DNA of 64,000 nucleotides. Source: a virus. The stretch covers positions 8,723 through 72,722 of the IMG/VR virus record IMGVR_UViG_3300037468_000371; one strand, written 5' to 3'. Position 1 is the stretch's first letter. Each line of letters opens with the position of its first letter. Below are positions 1 to 10,700 of the stretch, in pieces. The notes under the pieces are model-generated. The model was not told where the DNA came from. It worked only from the letters and a program-made list of their open reading frames with translations, and ran no database searches. The position numbers and the translations under genes are program-made.

Positions 1-345
1 GCCTCTTTGCAGGCCAACGTCCTGCACGAGGCCTGGACGGGGATCGACGCGTACGGCGAACCGACCTACGCGGCTGGCATCCAGCGCAAGGCCATCGTGC
101 TCCGGGACGCGATCATGAAGCGCGACCGGGGCGGCGAGTGGGTGCAGACGCAGGCGGAGATCCTGTTCTTGAAGCCGTTCGTCAGCAATGGCGCCCCGGG
201 CCGAAACGGCCCGATAGATATTCGGGATCGCATCACGCTGCCGGACGGCTTCACCTGCCCTATCGTCGAGACCGAGGGGTTGTTCGACCCTTCGACCTCG
301 GCACCCTACTTCGCGGAAGTCTGGCTCGGGTACAGGCACCGCTGA
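1..345 (+). CDS. Head-closure/head-tail joining protein (5'-partial)
   Basis: Frame open from base 1. D-x-YG-x-P-x-Y motif and 'DRITLPDG' resemble phage head-closure proteins; lies upstream of tail genes. Confidence 0.6.
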   Translation, partial: ASLQANVLHEAWTGIDAYGEPTYAAGIQRKAIVLRDAIMKRDRGGEWVQTQAEILFLKPFVSNGAPGRNGPIDIRDRITLPDGFTCPIVETEGLFDPSTSAPYFAEVWLGYRHR

Positions 346-1457
346 TGAAGACGGCAAACGAAAAGATTCGCGTGTCCTCGGCGCAGTTCTACGGGCGCGA
401 GCGCGAGTACGTCCTCGACTGCCTGGACACCCTGGAGCTTTCGGGCGGCGGGATGTCCAAGTACGGACAGCGGCTGGAGGCGGCGTGGGCGGAGTTCTGT
501 GGCGTCTCCTACGCGGTGTCGTGCTCTTCGGGCACCGCGGCCCTGCACCTCGCGCTTGCGGCGCTCGGCCTTCGCCCGGGTCAAGGCGTCCTCGTTCCTG
601 CGATCACGTACGTCGCCACGGCCAATGCCGTCTCTTACCTCGGTGGCGTGCCGATCGTCTGCGAAGTCCGCCCCGACACGTGGACGCTCGATCCGGCCGA
701 TGCGGAGCGGCTGATCCTAGAGGCCAAGCGGGGAGGCCGGGACGTTGCGGGCATGATCCCGGTCCATCTGTACGGTGTGGTCGCGGACATGACCGCGCTC
801 ACAGCGCTCGCGCGCAAGCACGACCTGTGGGTCCTGGAGGACGCAGCCGAGGCGCACGGCGCGATCTACGCGGGCCGGCGCGCCGGGGCTCTAGGGGACA
901 TCGCCGCGTTCAGCTTCTATGGCAACAAGACCCTGACAGCCGGGGAGGGAGGGATTGTCACGACGAACGATCCCAAGCTCGCCGAGTCTGTCCGAAGCCT
1001 TCGCGGTCATGCGATGTCTACGTCCAGGCAGTATTGGCACGACACGGTCGGATACGGCTACCGGATGTCGAACGTCTCCGCAGCTATCGCGCTGGCGCAG
1101 GTCGAAACCTTCTCCGAACATCTCCACCGTCGCATGGGCGTGATGGGCGCGTACCTACACGCGCTCCCTTCCACCTTCGTGCTCCAGTCCGCGCCGGACG
1201 GCACGTCCCCGTGGATGTGTGCAGGGTTGCTTCCACAGGGAGTGTCGCCGACCCGTGTCGCCGAGCAGATGTCGCTGGGCGGAATCGAGACGCGCCCGGT
1301 ATTCTTCCCGCTATCCGATATGCCGATGTACCGCTCCACGGCTCCTCATATCGCGGCTGTGATCGCGGCGCGGGGCCTGTGCCTTCCAACCCATGCGGGC
1401 TTGACCCGTGACGACGTTATGCGGGTCGTCGACTCACTGAAGCGGAGCCTGATGTGA
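345..1457 (+). CDS. DegT/DnrJ/EryC1/StrS family PLP-dependent sugar aminotransferase (perosamine synthase-like)
   Basis: Motifs SSGTAALHLAL, PVHLYG, EDAAEAHG, SFYGNKTLTAGEGG (PLP lysine), GYGYRMSN. ATG overlaps the upstream TGA. Confidence 0.92.
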   Translation: MKTANEKIRVSSAQFYGREREYVLDCLDTLELSGGGMSKYGQRLEAAWAEFCGVSYAVSCSSGTAALHLALAALGLRPGQGVLVPAITYVATANAVSYLGGVPIVCEVRPDTWTLDPADAERLILEAKRGGRDVAGMIPVHLYGVVADMTALTALARKHDLWVLEDAAEAHGAIYAGRRAGALGDIAAFSFYGNKTLTAGEGGIVTTNDPKLAESVRSLRGHAMSTSRQYWHDTVGYGYRMSNVSAAIALAQVETFSEHLHRRMGVMGAYLHALPSTFVLQSAPDGTSPWMCAGLLPQGVSPTRVAEQMSLGGIETRPVFFPLSDMPMYRSTAPHIAAVIAARGLCLPTHAGLTRDDVMRVVDSLKRSLM

Positions 1458-2020
1458 ACATTCCCGAGACTATCGCGTCATTGCCCGCCGGATCCCTGTG
1501 GCAGCATCATGCAGAGTTCATCGCGTTCTGCGAGTGGATCGCCCGCAACGAGATCAAGAGCATCCTCGAGATCGGCACGGGCATCGGCGGCTCTGCGTAC
1601 GTGTTCGGGAAGGCGACCGGCGATGCGCGGATCGTGTCCGTGGACTTCGCCCGGCGCTATGACCCGGACGGTCCGACCGCCCCAACCCGCAACCCCAACT
1701 TCACGCAGATCCTCGGCAACAGCCGCACGGACGAGGCCCAGGCCGCGATCGCGGCGCATGGTCCCTTCGACCTCGTGTACTTCGACACGGCGCACCCGTA
1801 CGAGGAGTGCGTCGACAACTACACCCGCTACGGCCCGATGGCGGCGCGCTACATCGCGCAGCACGACATCAATATGGACGAAGAGAATTGGCCGGACGCG
1901 GGCATTCCTCGGTTCTGGCGCGAGTTGACGACGAAGCATCGCGTGGTCGCTGAGTTCGTCAACCCGTCGCCCGATCCGCGCTTCCCGCGCTGGGGCGGGC
2001 TTGGCGTGGTGAGCGCATGA
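1454..2020 (+). CDS. Class I SAM-dependent methyltransferase (Methyltransf_24-like)
   Basis: ILEIGTGIGGS motif I, FDLVYFD..H.YE, QHD; GTGA overlap with upstream gene. Confidence 0.8.
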   Translation: MNIPETIASLPAGSLWQHHAEFIAFCEWIARNEIKSILEIGTGIGGSAYVFGKATGDARIVSVDFARRYDPDGPTAPTRNPNFTQILGNSRTDEAQAAIAAHGPFDLVYFDTAHPYEECVDNYTRYGPMAARYIAQHDINMDEENWPDAGIPRFWRELTTKHRVVAEFVNPSPDPRFPRWGGLGVVSA

Positions 2021-2115
2021 ACATCTCTCCGCGTCGCGTCTACTCGCAGTGCTCGGCGCACGCTGAGCCGACAGCCGAGCGCGCACGACTGTTCGAGGTG
2101 TATCCGTGCGCGTGA
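2017..2115 (+). CDS. Small 32-aa ORF bridging two genes
   Basis: ATGA overlap at its start and GTGA overlap at its end (MNISPRRVYSQCSAHAEPTAERARLFEVYPCA). Confidence 0.3.
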   Translation: MNISPRRVYSQCSAHAEPTAERARLFEVYPCA

Positions 2116-2861
2116 ACATCCGGGTCACAGAGCCCGATATGGGCTGGATCGTCGGTCGCTACGCGCGCGAGCTGGTCAAGTACCTGCCGCAGTTCGGAAT
2201 CGACGCGGCGATCAACGACCCGCGCCGCACGGACTTGGAGTACCTCGCCAACGTCTACTTCCCGCCGTCTCGCCGTCCAGCGGTGGGGCTGTTCGCGCAC
2301 GATCGCTTCCATCTCGCCCCCGAGTTCGACGGGCACATCGCCCTGAACCCGCACGTCGCCGACACGCTGCGCTCGTCCGGGGCGGCGAACCCGGTGGTCA
2401 TCGAGCAGGCCGTGGACGAGTGCTACGTCACGAAGACAAAGGCGTCGACGGTGTTCGGCGTAGCGGGTAGCGTCAAGCGCGACAATCGTAAGGGGCAGGA
2501 TCTCGTCGAGCGCATGGTCGAGGAAGGCTACAACATCATCGCGTGGGGCTCCGGCTGGCCGTGCCCGATCTTCAGCGACCGGATCGAGCTGCTCCATGAG
2601 TTCTACAGCCAGCTCGACTACTACGTCGTCACGTCGCGGCTGGAGGGCGGCTGCACGCCGATCATCGAGTGCTTCGCCTGCGGCGTGCCGGTCATCAGCC
2701 CAAAGACCGGGTTCGCCATTCGCCGCCCCGTGATGGCCTACGAAGCCGGCGACTGGGACAGCCTGCACTCCGTTTTGCGCTTCGTCACCGAGCATAAGAC
2801 CTACGAGAGCTTCGCGAGCGACCACGCGGCCTACTTTCGCGCCGTGCTGGAGGGGCTGTGA
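2106..2861 (+). CDS. Glycosyltransferase, GT-B/GT4-like
   Basis: SRLEGGCTPIIECFACGVPVIS matches the E-x7-E GT4 motif; RKG motif. Confidence 0.8.
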   Translation: MRVNIRVTEPDMGWIVGRYARELVKYLPQFGIDAAINDPRRTDLEYLANVYFPPSRRPAVGLFAHDRFHLAPEFDGHIALNPHVADTLRSSGAANPVVIEQAVDECYVTKTKASTVFGVAGSVKRDNRKGQDLVERMVEEGYNIIAWGSGWPCPIFSDRIELLHEFYSQLDYYVVTSRLEGGCTPIIECFACGVPVISPKTGFAIRRPVMAYEAGDWDSLHSVLRFVTEHKTYESFASDHAAYFRAVLEGL

Positions 2862-3367
2862 ACGTCACTGCCGTCCTGATCACGCGCGAGCGGGCATATC
2901 CGCAGGACATCAGGGTCGACTTCCCGTTCGACGAGGTACTGGTCGAGACGAGCTGTCCGAACGTCCGCCGGCGCTACGAGCTGGCGCTTCGGGCAAAGAG
3001 CGACGTGATCTACACGCAGGACGATGACGCCGAGATCGACATCCCAGCGCTGTGGGCGCACTACGACGGGAGACTCACGAACGCGATCACGCCCTACCAT
3101 CGCGACGTCTACGCGCCGACCGGCATGACGCTCGTCGGCTGGGGCTGCTTTTTCCCGAAGTTGCTGATCGACTTCTCTCGGTGGGAGGCACGGTACGGCG
3201 AGGTCGACGAGGTCGAAGCCGACCGGATCTTCACCTACCTCGCGCAGCCGCACAACACCGTCGTCATGCCAATCGCAGAGCACAAGCGTCGCGAGCAGCT
3301 CTGCCAGCGGCCCGATCACTACCCGGCGCGCGATCGCATTCTGGCGAAGCTGAGGGCGCTTCGATGA
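2858..3367 (+). CDS. Short glycosyltransferase, GT-A/GT2-like
   Basis: N-terminal beta strand, IYTQDDD DxD-like motif, EADRIF; lies in the GT cluster. Confidence 0.6.
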   Translation: MNVTAVLITRERAYPQDIRVDFPFDEVLVETSCPNVRRRYELALRAKSDVIYTQDDDAEIDIPALWAHYDGRLTNAITPYHRDVYAPTGMTLVGWGCFFPKLLIDFSRWEARYGEVDEVEADRIFTYLAQPHNTVVMPIAEHKRREQLCQRPDHYPARDRILAKLRALR

Positions 3368-4221
3368 AGGTAGCGGTCGCCATCGAGACGAAGGATCGCC
3401 GGATCCCGAACTGGATGTCTACTGGAGGCGAGAACTACCTCGGCCAGACGCTGAACAACCTCGGGCGTAGCGGCTTCTGGTCGTCTCCGTATCTGCACTC
3501 GCTTCAGATTGTAGGCGGTGGCGAGCTTTCCGGATTCTGGGACGAACAGGTCCGCCCGTTTGTCCCGGCGGGCGCGCCGTTCGCGCTCCACGAGTGCCCG
3601 CCCGGGGGGCGCACCCGTCAGCAGAACGGGGCGATGGCGATCCGTGTCGCCGCCGAGACGGATGCCGACATCGTTCTCAAGCTGGAAGACGACCTCGACT
3701 TCTGTCACGACTTCCTAGGCAGCGCCGTGCGCTGGCTGTCAGACGTGCTCAGTGAGCGCGGGGTCTGCTTCTACGCGCTGGCCGCTCCGTTCCAGGCTTT
3801 CAGCGAGGCCCGCTACGCCCGCGAGGATGAGTACGTCGGAGGTCCTGGCAAGTCCTTTCCGTTCATTCGGGGCCTGATGCAGAAAGGCGTGAACTTCGCC
3901 CGCCATCCGGCCGAAGCATTTTGGGCTGCGCAGGCGATCGCGTTCCGCCGGCACCGAGCGCTGGAGCTGGTCAAGTGGCTGGGCGACGACCCGTGCTACC
4001 GTAGCAGGCACCCCGAGTCGCTCCGCAAGACGGGGCACGACCTGCTACTCGGATTGTGGGCAAAGTCCGCCGGAGAAGTGATCGGCGCGGCCGTTCCGTC
4101 GTTTGTGCAGCACATCGGGAGACAGTCAAGCATCTCGTCGCGCGGCCGGTTCTTTCAGTTCCCGTGGCCGGGGCGCGAGTGGTCCTATGCAGGCAGGCAG
4201 ACAGAGGAGGCCACCGCATGA
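3364..4221 (+). CDS. Glycosyltransferase, GT-A fold
   Basis: KLEDD motif and C-terminal PSFVQHIG..SS typical of GT-A enzymes; ATGA overlap. Confidence 0.7.
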   Translation: MKVAVAIETKDRRIPNWMSTGGENYLGQTLNNLGRSGFWSSPYLHSLQIVGGGELSGFWDEQVRPFVPAGAPFALHECPPGGRTRQQNGAMAIRVAAETDADIVLKLEDDLDFCHDFLGSAVRWLSDVLSERGVCFYALAAPFQAFSEARYAREDEYVGGPGKSFPFIRGLMQKGVNFARHPAEAFWAAQAIAFRRHRALELVKWLGDDPCYRSRHPESLRKTGHDLLLGLWAKSAGEVIGAAVPSFVQHIGRQSSISSRGRFFQFPWPGREWSYAGRQTEEATA

Positions 4222-5441
4222 AAGTCCTATGGAACGGAGACGCCGTAGTCTCCAGCGGCTTCGCCCGCTGCACTCACGCCGTGTGCGACGAGCTCGCTCG
4301 GCGCGGTCACGAGGTCACGGTGCTGGGGATCAACTACTACGGTGACCCGCACCCGTACCCGTATCCGATCTACCCGTGTCGGCATCCGTTCGCGAGCGCG
4401 CGCGATCTGTTCGGCGTGGATCGGCTGCCCCGGTTGATCCATGAGCTGGGGCCGGACGTGGTTGTGCTGCTGAACGACCCGTGGAACGTCCCGGCCTATC
4501 TGGACATGCTCGCGGCCGTCCGCGATCTGAACGAGGGATTCCCGCAGCCTCTGATGGCGGCGTGGCTGGCCGTGGACGGCAAGAACCAGAAGGACTCCGA
4601 CCGGCTCGATGAGCTGGACGCCGTAGCGGTGTGGACCGAGTTCGGCGCCCGCGAGCTGAAGGCCGGCGGATACACGGGCGAGCCGGCCGTGATCCAACTC
4701 GGTGTGGACCTGGAGCGGTTCGGCCCCCGGTCGAAGGCCGAGGCGCGCCGGCTGCTGATGCCCGAGAGCCTTCCGGACGATGCGTTCATCGTTGGCGCCG
4801 TGGGCCGAAACCAGCCGCGCAAGCGCCTGGACCTGACCATCGCCTACTTCGCCGAGTGGGTCCGCCGCGGCCAGCACGAGAACGCCTACCTCTACCTGCA
4901 CGTCGGGCCTACGGGTGATACGGGCTGCGACATCCGGTCGCTCGTCAAGTACTATGGCATCAACGGCCGGGTGTTCATCGGCGCGCCGCCGATCGGCTCA
5001 GGGATCCCCGAGCAGAACATGCCGGACGTGTACTCGGCCATGGACGTCTACATCTCTACGAGCCAGGGCGAGGGATGGGGCCTGACGGCGCTGGAGGCGA
5101 TGGCGTGCGGTGTCCCCTGCATCCTTCCCCGCTGGTCGGCCTATGCCGACTGGTCCGGGCGCGGCGAGGCTGTTCTCGTGCCGTGTCATGAAACGGCGCT
5201 GACGGCGCCGATGAACGGCCTGATGCACACGGTTGGCGGCGTGCCCGACCGGCGGACCTTCATCGCGGAGCTGGAGACGATGTACAGCTCCGAGGTCACG
5301 CGGCGGACCTACTCGCGGCGCGGTCTGCGGCTCGCGGCCGAGTATCCGTGGAGCCGCTCGGCAGCCGAGATGGCAGACTTCCTCGAAAAGCAGGTAGAGT
5401 CCAAGCGGCAGCAGAAGCCGGCGGAGGAGGTCATCGTCTGA
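4218..5441 (+). CDS. Glycosyltransferase family 4
   Basis: SGFAR, GVD...F, GRNQPRKRLD, GEGWGLTALEAMACGVP; RBS GAGGAGG. Confidence 0.9.
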   Translation: MKVLWNGDAVVSSGFARCTHAVCDELARRGHEVTVLGINYYGDPHPYPYPIYPCRHPFASARDLFGVDRLPRLIHELGPDVVVLLNDPWNVPAYLDMLAAVRDLNEGFPQPLMAAWLAVDGKNQKDSDRLDELDAVAVWTEFGARELKAGGYTGEPAVIQLGVDLERFGPRSKAEARRLLMPESLPDDAFIVGAVGRNQPRKRLDLTIAYFAEWVRRGQHENAYLYLHVGPTGDTGCDIRSLVKYYGINGRVFIGAPPIGSGIPEQNMPDVYSAMDVYISTSQGEGWGLTALEAMACGVPCILPRWSAYADWSGRGEAVLVPCHETALTAPMNGLMHTVGGVPDRRTFIAELETMYSSEVTRRTYSRRGLRLAAEYPWSRSAAEMADFLEKQVESKRQQKPAEEVIV

Positions 5442-5989
5442 TGGCAGGGTATACGCCCACGGCCCCGATCCTCATCGAGTTCAATCTCGGCGGTTCCCGC
5501 GAGATGAAGGCGGCGCTCGCGGCCCTGGATGGCGAGATTCGCCAGCGGGCCGCGGCGGCGTTGCGCCTAGAGGCCGATCAGATCATTCGGAATGCGAAGG
5601 ATAAGTACGTCCCGGTCGATCTCGGGAACCTGAAGAACTCGGGCCGCGTGGAGGCCCCGGCGTCGAAGGGCAAGGAGATCTCGGTTGCGATGCACTTCGG
5701 CCTCGGGATTCCGCGGCCGTATGCCGAGGCGATCCACGAGTACCCGACCGCTCACCAGCCGCCGTCGTGGGTCGGCAAGGACGTGCATTTCAAGCCCGCC
5801 GGAACCGGGGCGAAGTACCTGGAGCGCCCGATGAAGGAGCAGTTCAAGGGCATGTCCATACGGCTGAAGAAGGCGATCTTCTCTACGGTGCGGTTGCCCG
5901 GGGTCCACCTGCGCCACTCGGGCGGCGGCGCGATCGGCCAAGCCCCGCCGCAGCCCGGCGGCGCCGCCGGAGAAGGCTCCATGCCATGA
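5441..5989 (+). CDS. HK97 gp10-like tail-component/neck protein
   Basis: VPVDLGNLKNS, YA..IHE, AKYLERP motifs. Confidence 0.75.
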   Translation: MAGYTPTAPILIEFNLGGSREMKAALAALDGEIRQRAAAALRLEADQIIRNAKDKYVPVDLGNLKNSGRVEAPASKGKEISVAMHFGLGIPRPYAEAIHEYPTAHQPPSWVGKDVHFKPAGTGAKYLERPMKEQFKGMSIRLKKAIFSTVRLPGVHLRHSGGGAIGQAPPQPGGAAGEGSMP

Positions 5990-6414
5990 TCCGCCGCTAC
6001 GTCGAAGTGCTCGCAGCGCAGCGGCCGTTCCCGGTCGGTCTGGACGAAGAGCGCCGCGCGATATTCTCGTGCAACTACGATGGACTCGTCACGGCGCCCG
6101 CGTGGGTCAGCTCGGGCGCGGTGAATACCAGCTTCGAAGAGGACATCGCTATGTTCATCACGAGCGCCGGGCTCGGTGTCCTCGGGAGCAGCCTGTACAT
6201 CGGCCCGCTGGCCCTCCTGCAACCGGGCGCCGGGCCGTACACGACGTTGATCGATACAGGCGGCGCTCAGCCGGTCGAAACGCATGATGGCGCGCTGTAC
6301 GAGCGCATCTCGTTTCAAGTTCTTGTCCGGGGCGCCTCTTACGCAGCAGCCCGCGGCCGGGCGCTGGCCATCTGGTCGGCGCTGGACGGCTTGCGGAACG
6401 TGACCGTGGCCTAG
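5986..6414 (+). CDS. Tail terminator / minor capsid-3-like protein
   Basis: DTGG..P, FQVLVRG.SY..A; sits directly before the tail tube gene. Confidence 0.65.
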   Translation: MIRRYVEVLAAQRPFPVGLDEERRAIFSCNYDGLVTAPAWVSSGAVNTSFEEDIAMFITSAGLGVLGSSLYIGPLALLQPGAGPYTTLIDTGGAQPVETHDGALYERISFQVLVRGASYAAARGRALAIWSALDGLRNVTVA

Positions 6415-6444
6415 CAATAGGGCCACACAGCAGAGGAGAAAACG

Positions 6445-6912
6445 ATGTCTCAGGCAGTGGCAGGCCACGGCGCGACGATCGCGATCGAGCTGGATCCGAC
6501 CGGCTCCGCCGGCACTTTCACCGTCGTCGCCGAGCTGAACGGCGACATCACCTGGCCGGAGCTGAACCGTCCCGAGACGGAGACGACCCCGCACCAGGAC
6601 ACGATCGACGACTGGGTTCTCGGCCGCCTTGGCCGCGGGCCGTTGACCTTCTCGGTCAACTACATCTTCGACGACTCGACCCACGACGCCTCGACGGGCC
6701 TGTACTCGAAGATCGTGTCGAACGAGCTGTTCGGCATCCGCATGCGCGGCCCGGCGGGCACGACCGACTCGGACGAGTGGATCGCCTCGGGTCACGTGCA
6801 GGCGATCACCCAGGTCGCTCCAGTCCGCGAGGGTGTCCGCTCCAGCGACGTCACCATCCGGCTCCGGAAGGCGATGAAGATCGACGGCGCGCTCATCGGC
6901 ACTTCCATCTGA
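6445..6912 (+). CDS. Major tail (tube) protein
   Basis: 155 aa, strong RBS (GAGGAG), siphovirus tube-like sequence, precedes chaperone and tape measure. Confidence 0.8.
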   Translation: MSQAVAGHGATIAIELDPTGSAGTFTVVAELNGDITWPELNRPETETTPHQDTIDDWVLGRLGRGPLTFSVNYIFDDSTHDASTGLYSKIVSNELFGIRMRGPAGTTDSDEWIASGHVQAITQVAPVREGVRSSDVTIRLRKAMKIDGALIGTSI

Positions 6913-6946
6913 ACCAACGGCAACTAGAGAACTAGGAGACAATGAC

Positions 6947-7378
6947 ATGGCACCCAGCAAGAAGACAGGCACCGTAGCAACGACGGCGGCACTGACGGCC
7001 GAAGACCTCCTCTCGTTCAACGAGAGCTCGCGCAAGATGCTCGAGATCCCCGAGCTGCCCAAGGACGGCCGCCCGGGTGTGGTGTGGCTCCAGCCGCTCA
7101 CGGCGGGTCAGGTCATGGACTTCGCCGCCCGGCAGGCGGACAACATGACCGAGGCTGAGAAGAGCCAGGCGATGCTCGAGATGATCGCCCGGGCCGTGGT
7201 CGATCAGAACGGCCAGCAGCTCTTCTCCGAGGAGCAGGTCGGTCGCCTGCGGGACATGTCGATGGCGGTGTTCTCGCGGCTGACCGCGGCCGTCAACGAG
7301 CTGACCGGCGTGGGTAAGAGGGTCGAGGCGGGAAAAGATTCGAGCGCGACGGCCTCCGGCGATTCGCCTTCCGCCTAG
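6947..7378 (+). CDS. Tail assembly chaperone (gpG-like)
   Basis: Between tube and tape measure genes; contains slippery G GGA AAA near its 3' end. Confidence 0.8.
   Translation: MAPSKKTGTVATTAALTAEDLLSFNESSRKMLEIPELPKDGRPGVVWLQPLTAGQVMDFAARQADNMTEAEKSQAMLEMIARAVVDQNGQQLFSEEQVGRLRDMSMAVFSRLTAAVNELTGVGKRVEAGKDSSATASGDSPSA
7330..7336 (+). other. Programmed -1 ribosomal frameshift slippery site GGGAAAA
   Basis: G-GGA-AAA in frame (Gly-Lys). The -1 frame is open (RFERDGLRRFAFRLAL...) through 7704. Confidence 0.85.
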
Positions 7379-7704
7379 CGCTCACCATCGGGGAGGTTGA
7401 TGTGGACTCAATGCTGGCGCGCCTTTCCTGGGATCAGTTCCTGGAGTGGGCCGCCTTTGCCGAGATCGAACCCTTCGGCGAAGAGCGGGCTGATTGGCGC
7501 GCTGGCATGGTAGCCTCGGTGATCGCTAACGTCAACCGCGACCCGAAGAAGGGCAAGCCGTTCGGCCCGCGGGATTTCATGCCCGACTTCTCGTCGTCGA
7601 AGAAGGCGGCCACCGGGAGTCGTGAGCCGCTCATGAGCGGGAAGGCTTGGGGTGAAGCGAAGTCGATGGCTCGTATCTATGCCGCCGCGGCGGGGGTGAA
7701 CTGA
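7330..7704 (+). CDS. gpT-like frameshift extension of tail chaperone
   Basis: -1 frame continuation containing EW..F..IEPFGEERADWRAG, a common chaperone-T motif. Confidence 0.75.
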   Translation, partial: GKRFERDGLRRFAFRLALTIGEVDVDSMLARLSWDQFLEWAAFAEIEPFGEERADWRAGMVASVIANVNRDPKKGKPFGPRDFMPDFSSSKKAATGSREPLMSGKAWGEAKSMARIYAAAAGVN

Positions 7705-7706
7705 CA

Positions 7707-10700
7707 ATGCAGCTCGGCCCCATCAAAGGCTACCTCCAGCTCGTTGATCAGTTCACGCAACCGCTGGCGAAGATCCGGACGCAGCTCTCGGCCTTCGAAA
7801 AGAGCCTTGGCAAGATAGGGCAGATCGGGATGCTGCATGAGATGTCCACGACTCAGCTCGTGACACTCACTGCGGGCTTCACGGGTCTGTCCGTTGCGGT
7901 GGGTGCAGCGATCCGCACCAGCGCGGACTTCGAGAAGTCGATGGACGCGGTCGGTGCGATCGCCGAAGCCTCGGGCATGCAGCTGGAGATGATGTCGAAT
8001 GCGGCCATGGCCCTTGGCCGCGGCGCGCAGTTCTCTGCGAATGAAGTGGCTCAGGGCATGGAGGACATGGCCCGGGCCGGCTACACCGTGCAGCAGACGA
8101 TCGATGTGATGCCCGTGGCCCTGAACCTTGCCACGGCGGCTCAGGAGAAGCTCGGGCACACTTCGATGATCCTGGCGCGCTCGCTCGCCACTTTCGGAAT
8201 CGAAGCGACGAACGCATCGAGCGCGGCGGACGCGCTGACCTCCGCAGCCAACGCAACGAACACGTCGATCTCGGGCCTGGCGACCGGTCTCCGCTACGTG
8301 GGTCCCGTGGCGGCCTTGGCCGGGATCTCGATCCAGGAAACGACGGCCGCGATGGGTGTGCTGGCCGACTCGGGCATGGACGCTTCCATGTCCGGCACGG
8401 GCCTTCGCCGCATCTTCTCGGAGCTGGTAGATCCGACCAAGGCTGCTAAGAAGGCGTTGGCCGACATGGGCCTGACGCTACAGGACGTCGATCTGCCCAC
8501 CAAGGGGATCATCGGAGTCCTGGAGCAGCTCCGCTACGGGTTCATGGCGCTCCCGAACGATACGGAGCGGGCGGGCGCTGCGTTCAAGATCTTCGGCGAT
8601 CGCGGCGCGCCCGCGATGCTGGCCCTAACGAACAACTTGGATCGTTTGCGGCAAGTCACGGAGGAGGTAGCCAACAGCGCTGGCGTCACAGCGAAGGTCG
8701 CGGGCGCGATGGTCGACAACCTCGCGGGCGACTTCACGAAGCTCAAGAACAACCTCAACGACGTTCTTCTCGGCATGGGCGGCCAGATGAACGACGGCGT
8801 TCGCAAGCTGGTTCAGTCGATGACTGATCTGGTCATTGCGATGAAGCCCTTGCTTGAGTTCACCGGGGAACTCGTTGGCCGATTCGCGGAGTTCTTGTCG
8901 GTCATTGTCGAGTTCATCGAAAAGGGCGCCGTCCCGCTCAAGATGGCCATCGTCGCGTTGGTGGCGAGCGCGATGATGCCACTGATCACGGTGTGGTCGC
9001 AGTTCCTCACGATGGTCATCGTGTTCGGGGCGCAGGCGATCGCCGCGACCGGCGCTCTCGCCGCGCTGACGGCCGGAGTCACGGCGCTCGGGCACGCCAT
9101 CAAGGCTGCGTTCATGAACAACCCGATCGGCATTCTCCTGGTCGCGTTGTCTACCCTGGCGGTGTACCTGTACGAGCGGTGGAAGAAGTCCATCGCCGAG
9201 TCGGATAAGGCCATCGCCGAGATGGCGCGGCTGTCGGACGCGGCCGCCAGTTTCCGTACGACCATGCAGAAGGCGCTGGCGACGCCGGCCGAGATTCACC
9301 TCATCGACGTAGAGGCTGCGCAAAGGGAATTCCAGGCCATCGCGGCAGCGTTCAAGGCGTTCACCGAGAAGATGGCCGCCGAGAAGGCCAGGACCGGAAT
9401 GCTCTCGCCCGAGACTCTGCAGGAGTACAGGCGCCTGTCCGATCTGCTCGAGATGACTGCCCGCTGGATGGGAGTCGTCACGGACGCGTACGACGCGAAC
9501 GCCGGCGCCCTTGAGCGGAAGAGGGTCGAGGAGCTGCAAGCGAAGCAGGCCACGGCAGCCCACGCCGAAGAAGTCGAGAAGATGCTGCCGAAGCTGGAGT
9601 CGCTCATCGGCAAGTACGACAAGGTCTACGCAGCGAGCATTGACCTCAGGGATGCGCAAGAGCTGCTGACGGAAGCGATGGGCCTCGGGATTGTCGACGC
9701 GGCCGAGAAGCAGCAGGAGGTCATCGCGGCCGCCGTCATCGAGATGGCGAAGGCCTACGCCGAGGCCGGGAATCTGAAGAAGGGCCTGGAGTTCCTCGAC
9801 AACGCCTTCGCTCTCGGTATCTTGGAGATGGAGCAGTACAACTACGGGATGTACGAGGTCGTCTCCGCGACTGAAGAGGGCAAGGAGGCAATCAAGCGGG
9901 TAGAGAAGGCGCAGAAGGACCTGAAGAAATCCACCAAGGAGCTAAACGAGGAGCAGCAGAGGCTCGCGGATGAGTCAATCGCGAAGCTCGTCGATGCGTT
10001 CGAGAAACTGAACGAGCTGGAGGTAAAGGCCGCGAACGACATGGCGCTCGTCGAAGCTGCCAAGCAGGGCGCGGCGGCGCTGCGGGAAGTTTCGATCGAG
10101 CTCGCAGTGCAGGAGTTCATGCTCAGCGCTGAGGTCAGAAAGCTCAACCTGAACGCTGAGGCTTGGGAGCAATATGCGGCGCGGGTCAGGGCGGCGATGA
10201 CCCTGTCGTACGACGCCAGGAACCTGTCGGTCTCGGACAAGCTCGCGACGGAGCTGGAGGAGTTCAAGGAACAGGTTGACGAGATCCTGATTCGCGGCAT
10301 ACAGAGTTCGATGCAGGGTCTGTTCACGGACTTGATGAAGGGAAGCGAAGACGCGTTCGAGAACTTCGTCGACAGCATGAAGAACCTGTTCATCGAACTG
10401 ATCGCCGAATACCTCGCCCGCATGATCGCTGCCCAGCTCGCTGCTCATGTTCAGCAGATGGCGTTGATCATGAGGGAGACAGAGGCGCGGGCTGCCGGCG
10501 CGGCCGTCGGCGGTGGCGCGGGCGGCGGCGTCGGGGGCCTCTTGGGCGGCGGCGGCAGCCTTTCCAGCATCAGTGACATCGTGGGGCTCGTCGGGGCGAT
10601 CGTCCCTGTGCTCGCGGTGGCTGTCGTTGCGATCGCGGTTCTGGCGAATCAAGTTCAGAAGGCCAAGGAGAGGAATCGCTACGACACCCAGGCCTTCGTG

